Assembly (NCBI GenBank): GCA_039000985.1
Contig: JAWBMD010000010.1
Span: 1-30,552, forward strand
Length of the DNA: 30,552 bases
Source: Candidatus Aenigmatarchaeota archaeon
GTDB taxonomy: Archaea > Aenigmatarchaeota > Aenigmatarchaeia > CG10238-14 > SpSt-28
Reading direction: 5' to 3'
Position numbers and translations under genes: made by a program. This document shows, piece by piece, positions 26,292-30,552 of this stretch. The notes beneath the pieces were generated by a model that made no database searches, was not told where the DNA came from, and saw only the letters and a program-made list of their open reading frames with translations. Each line of letters opens with the position of its first letter. The stretch's first letter is position 1.

Positions 26292-26305
26292 ACAAAATTA
26301 GTTAA

Positions 26306-29281
26306 TCATATCTTCTTGTATACATAAAATGTAGTATTAAAAAAAGCTGGGTCTATCCAAGGTAGTTCATCAACTAAAACATAATTCATTTTTACATACA
26401 TGAAAAACTCCCAAAGAAGTGGTAATCTTGTAGAAAATATCACAGTAGAATAATTTTGAGATAATAAATAATTAAAAATCTCTTTTCTAGGAACAATTCC
26501 CATCTTCTGAAGCTCGTAGGAACTCCAAATTTCTGGAGATAATTGCTTCCCACTCAATATTAAATAGCCAGCATGTTCGCTTAAAACATTTCCATCGCTA
26601 CTGTCGACATAGTTTTGTATTTTTAAGTCGGTTTGCAAATTGACAAGAGGGGTAAAACTAGTAGAATTAAAAATATAAAGAAGAACTCTATTATCAAAAT
26701 CAACTGAAATCATTAATTGAAAAATAACAGAAATTATGAGAAAATAAATCTCTTCTTTATACTTTAACTGATTTAAAAATGATGCTATAATAATTGGTAC
26801 GATAGCTATTATTTCTAAAAAATAATTTATCCAACCACCAAGTCTCATTAATCCAGCTATAACAAGTATTAAAGATGTAAAGAACCAGATAGAAATAACA
26901 TTGTTTCTATTCTTAACAAAATAAAATAAACCCAAAAAAATGAATATAATACTATTCATTAATCCACCTTTCCAAACAAGTAATCTTTTTAAAGAAAAAT
27001 TAATTATACCTCGAGCATAATAAAACACATGTAAAATAAATTGACCTTCGGTTAAAAAGTTTATAAGGAATATAAAAGTTACTGTGAGTACAGAAAACAA
27101 AATTAAAAACCTCATAGCATTCCTTTTATCATTTAATAAAAGATAAAAAAACGCAGAAAGAGTGGCTGCTATAGAGGTTTGCTTTGTAAAGAAAGATAAA
27201 AGAAAAAAAATAACAGAAAGGAAAAAATTCATTTCTTTTTTATAATTAAGAAAAAAGTAAATTCCAACAATAGAAAATAATAGTGCTAACATATCAGGTC
27301 TAAGTTGGGTAGCCATTTGAAAAGTAACATGAGAAGAGAAAAATAGCAATGTGGAAAATAAGCTTAATTTAAAGCTTTTTACAATTTTTTTGGTAATAAG
27401 AAAAATGAAAAAGCCTACAAGCAAGGTAGAAATGAAAACTATTATTCTTCCGGATAGCAAATTTTCACCAAAAATTAATATTGTGAAATAATTTATTAAT
27501 GGAAAAATAGGTGGATACTTAAAAGAACTGAAGTAAAGGGGTGAATGAACATCATTGTAAATAGGGCCACCGTGAAATAATCTAATAGCAGGTGTCAATA
27601 CATAGCTTTCAGTAATATCTGTATCAAATGGATAGAAAATAACAGTAAAAGAAACTAAAAGAAAATTTAAAAATATGAAAAGTAAAAATATTATAACAGC
27701 ATATAAATACCACATCTTGCTAATTCTAAACCTAATTTTCCTTATATGAAATTTTGGAATTTTCCTAAACCAAATTAGAGTAATAAAAGATAAAACAATA
27801 AACAAAGATAAAAATGGTCTTGGACAATTTACATCGCTCGATGCCCTTATATCAATAACTCCTTTTTCTATTATAGAATCTAAAACTTTGCTATTAGATC
27901 CGCACCTAAAAAAATATGGGTAATAAAACTTATTTAATGGATCTTCAAGGACTTCAAATCTTTTAAACCTTTCTTGATATTCTTTTAACATAAAAGAATT
28001 TGAAATATCCTTCAAAGCATCTTCATAAGCATTTGTTAATCCAGCAAAATTGTTAAAGGCTGAAAATAACAAAAAAACTAAAATAGCCAGTTTCATGTAA
28101 TCTAATTTCAAAACAAAAACTATTGGAATTACAATAAATGGAATTGCAATAGTTAAAAGTCTAGGACCAAAACTTCCTCCATGCCACCAAGCCCACCAAA
28201 ATGAGGATACAAAAGTTACAAGTAAAAAAACCATAAGAATAAAAATAGCATCTCCTTTCCATTTTTTTAACATTATATAAACTCCTAGTAAAAAGAAAAA
28301 TAAAATTGGAAAATAATAAAATAACCCCCTATATGGAAAAAATAGCTGTCTTATCATTACATTCAAATTATATGGTAAATCTATAATAACACCATCTCTA
28401 CCAGGAAGTTTGGGCCATATTGTTTTATCCAAATTATTCCTGGGTAAAATAAATGGATTATCAAAAACTATTAAATTGTAAAATAAAAATGGAAATGCTC
28501 CTATTAAACTTCCTAAAGAAAAAACTAAAGATTCCCTATATTTCTTTTTACACAATAGATAGAAAAAGATTAAAAAAATAACAAGAAAAGAAAGCAAATC
28601 AAAAATAAACGCAAGTCCTGCTAAAACTCCAGAAAGAAAACATAAGATTGGTTCCCTTCTACGCAAATATACATGAATAATAAAAAATGGGGAAAACAAA
28701 AGAAATGCTGCAGTTATATGTCCCATAAAAACTAAGCTTGAGTGAAAAGCTAAAGAACCAAAACCATAAATAAAAACCAAAACTAATCTAATTTTATCAT
28801 CCCTTGAAAAAAATTCACAAAATCTATATAACAAAACTGCTGTTAATGAGGAAAGCAAAGAAGAAGTAAAAACAGTAACAAGAAACATACTATTTAACTC
28901 AAAAAAACCTGGATTTTTATAATATATTATTGTTTTATTATGAACTGCTATGCTAACGTATTCACCACTTCCTTCATGCAATTTTATAAAACCACTTGGA
29001 AAAAAATTGTAATAAATGAATTTCCATGTAGCATATATTGGAATAGCTAAAAATGATAAACCTGGCTCTTTATCTGAATAATAGTGATTTTTATAAAAAG
29101 CTCTATCACTTGTTTGATTATAATAACTATCTATTTCAAATCTATTTTCATCAACAATTGCCTTAGTAAGGAAAAAAATTGAATTCTCTCTCATACCTGG
29201 CCAATTTACAAACAACATATAAACAACAAAAAAAGTAATAAAGATTTTAAACTCGATACTTAAAGCTTTAAAATACTTCAT
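26306..29281 (-). CDS. Large polytopic membrane protein with two GT-C-like domains
   Basis: 991 aa. The N-half is paralogous to 15768-18200 (YYNQTSDR, YSDKEPGLS, WWAWWHGGSFGPRLL). The C-half is ArnT/PMT-like (DITE, KYPP, GRII, RPDMLA, FFTKQT). Confidence 0.72.
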   Translation of the reverse strand: MKYFKALSIEFKIFITFFVVYMLFVNWPGMRENSIFFLTKAIVDENRFEIDSYYNQTSDRAFYKNHYYSDKEPGLSFLAIPIYATWKFIYYNFFPSGFIKLHEGSGEYVSIAVHNKTIIYYKNPGFFELNSMFLVTVFTSSLLSSLTAVLLYRFCEFFSRDDKIRLVLVFIYGFGSLAFHSSLVFMGHITAAFLLFSPFFIIHVYLRRREPILCFLSGVLAGLAFIFDLLSFLVIFLIFFYLLCKKKYRESLVFSLGSLIGAFPFLFYNLIVFDNPFILPRNNLDKTIWPKLPGRDGVIIDLPYNLNVMIRQLFFPYRGLFYYFPILFFFLLGVYIMLKKWKGDAIFILMVFLLVTFVSSFWWAWWHGGSFGPRLLTIAIPFIVIPIVFVLKLDYMKLAILVFLLFSAFNNFAGLTNAYEDALKDISNSFMLKEYQERFKRFEVLEDPLNKFYYPYFFRCGSNSKVLDSIIEKGVIDIRASSDVNCPRPFLSLFIVLSFITLIWFRKIPKFHIRKIRFRISKMWYLYAVIIFLLFIFLNFLLVSFTVIFYPFDTDITESYVLTPAIRLFHGGPIYNDVHSPLYFSSFKYPPIFPLINYFTILIFGENLLSGRIIVFISTLLVGFFIFLITKKIVKSFKLSLFSTLLFFSSHVTFQMATQLRPDMLALLFSIVGIYFFLNYKKEMNFFLSVIFFLLSFFTKQTSIAATLSAFFYLLLNDKRNAMRFLILFSVLTVTFIFLINFLTEGQFILHVFYYARGIINFSLKRLLVWKGGLMNSIIFIFLGLFYFVKNRNNVISIWFFTSLILVIAGLMRLGGWINYFLEIIAIVPIIIASFLNQLKYKEEIYFLIISVIFQLMISVDFDNRVLLYIFNSTSFTPLVNLQTDLKIQNYVDSSDGNVLSEHAGYLILSGKQLSPEIWSSYELQKMGIVPRKEIFNYLLSQNYSTVIFSTRLPLLWEFFMYVKMNYVLVDELPWIDPAFFNTTFYVYKKI

Positions 29282-29330
29282 AATCTTTTTTTATTTTACT
29301 ATTAATTAAATAATTTTTTGAATAGTAAAA

Positions 29331-30023
29331 ATGATAACAATAATAATTCCTGCTTATAATGAAGCAAGAACAATCGAAAAATGCATAAATGAAGTAAGAA
29401 AAAAATTACAAGAAATGAAAATAAACTATCAAATAATAATTGCCGAAGATGGCTCAAGTGACAATACATATCAAATTGCAAAATCACTAGCAAAAAAATA
29501 TAAGAATATAGAAATATCGCATTTTGATAAAAGATTGGGAAGAGGATCGGCATTAAAGAGATGTGTAAATATTGTAAAGGGAGATTTCGTTATTTATATG
29601 GATGCAGATTTATCCACAAAACTAGATGCCTTAGAATTACTTATTCGAGAATTAAAATATAATGATATAGTTATTGGCTCTAGATATATTGGAGGTGCTA
29701 AATACAAAAGATCTTTGATTAGATTAATGTTAAGTAGAGCATATAATTTAATCAGATTGTTACTATTTCCTAAACTAAAAGTAAAAGACTGCCAATGTGG
29801 ATTTAAAGGATTTAGAAAAGATATATTTATCGAGATAAATAAAAATGTAGAAGATGGACAGTGGTTCTGGGATACAGAATTCCTTATAAAAGCAAATGCT
29901 CGAAAAGCTAAAATTAAAGAAATTCCTATTGAATGGGGTGGTGATAAAAGAACATCTGTAAAAATACTAAAAGACTCGATAATTATGTTTGCTAAACTTA
30001 TCAAGCTAAGATTAGGAATATAG
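29331..30023 (+). CDS. GT2 glycosyltransferase, dolichyl-phosphate hexosyltransferase-like
   Basis: IIIPAYNE, EDGSSD, GRGSA, YMDADLS, IGSRY, DCQCGFKGF and WFWDTEFL motifs. Confidence 0.92.
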   Translation: MITIIIPAYNEARTIEKCINEVRKKLQEMKINYQIIIAEDGSSDNTYQIAKSLAKKYKNIEISHFDKRLGRGSALKRCVNIVKGDFVIYMDADLSTKLDALELLIRELKYNDIVIGSRYIGGAKYKRSLIRLMLSRAYNLIRLLLFPKLKVKDCQCGFKGFRKDIFIEINKNVEDGQWFWDTEFLIKANARKAKIKEIPIEWGGDKRTSVKILKDSIIMFAKLIKLRLGI

Positions 30024-30552
30024 AATTTTAATATACTTTAAACCAACAGTAACGCATCTAAAATCATCATTTTTAGCTATGCTTGCTACTATCGTACAAT
30101 TATCCAAAGGTCGTATTCCGATTTCATTAAATCCCTTCTCTATACTAATAAGTGGTGTATAAATAGTTGTTCCCTCCTTAAAAATTAAGAAAGTATCAAC
30201 TACTTGATTATTTAATAAAAGTAATGACTGTCTATCAACATAAAACGATTTAAGATATAGTCTTATTTTAGCAATCAATGTTTTATTTTTATTATTGAAA
30301 ATTATTAACTTGCCTTCTTTGCTCATCCACCTCATATCTTTCTCAGGTAAAAACCATCCTCTTCCATAGTTTATTTCTTTTGGTTGTTCTAATGTTAAAT
30401 TTTTAATAGCTATGCTTAAGCATCTCCTATCATCTTTACCTTCTAATACATTTGGAATATCACAGCTTGATTTTATTTTAATAGTATTTAAACCTTTCTT
30501 CAAATTAATCCCAATTGAAGCATGAGATATTTGTGGATAAACAGTAAAATTG
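30012..30552 (-). CDS. C-terminal extracellular repeats of another large membrane protein (5' end outside the window)
   Basis: Frame is open to the window edge. GRGWFLPEKDMRWMSKEGKLII and DxRCLS repeats match the C-terminal repeats of 15768-18200. Confidence 0.75.
   Translation of the reverse strand, partial: NFTVYPQISHASIGINLKKGLNTIKIKSSCDIPNVLEGKDDRRCLSIAIKNLTLEQPKEINYGRGWFLPEKDMRWMSKEGKLIIFNNKNKTLIAKIRLYLKSFYVDRQSLLLLNNQVVDTFLIFKEGTTIYTPLISIEKGFNEIGIRPLDNCTIVASIAKNDDFRCVTVGLKYIKILYS

Overview
Very AT-rich, archaeal-looking DNA: TATA boxes sit about 25 nt upstream of start codons and the gene families are typical of DPANN-type genomes (lineage is my inference). The window has two halves. 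(1) 1-14.0 kb is a dense toxin-antitoxin/defence-type island. It begins with the 3' part of a PD-(D/E)XK nuclease gene and continues with about 15 small modules in both orientations: five wHTH-MNT/HEPN pairs, three PIN (VapBC-type) pairs, a broken Doc pair, a RelBE remnant, two orphan antitoxins, two AAA+/DUF4143 ATPases and a truncated ATPase start. The main unexplained structure is that many spacers between modules are decayed, same-strand copies of the 3' end of the leading nuclease gene, and one spacer encodes an IS1/InsA-like Zn-ribbon remnant. The island therefore looks like a tandem cassette array built from repeated 'nuclease + cargo' units. Several modules carry their own palindromic operators, and toxins tend to be broken before antitoxins. 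(2) 14.6-30.5 kb is a cell-surface glycan modification locus. It holds large GT-C-like membrane proteins, a GT2 Dol-P glycosyltransferase, a radical SAM/SPASM protein, an sxtK-sxtJ-sxtI-sxtL-like operon (DUF5989, small membrane protein, carbamoyltransferase, SGNH hydrolase) and two further broken SGNH paralogs. It is interrupted by an IS630 remnant nested inside an internally deleted IS1634-like element. I found no rRNA, tRNA or CRISPR array. All alignments were done by eye.
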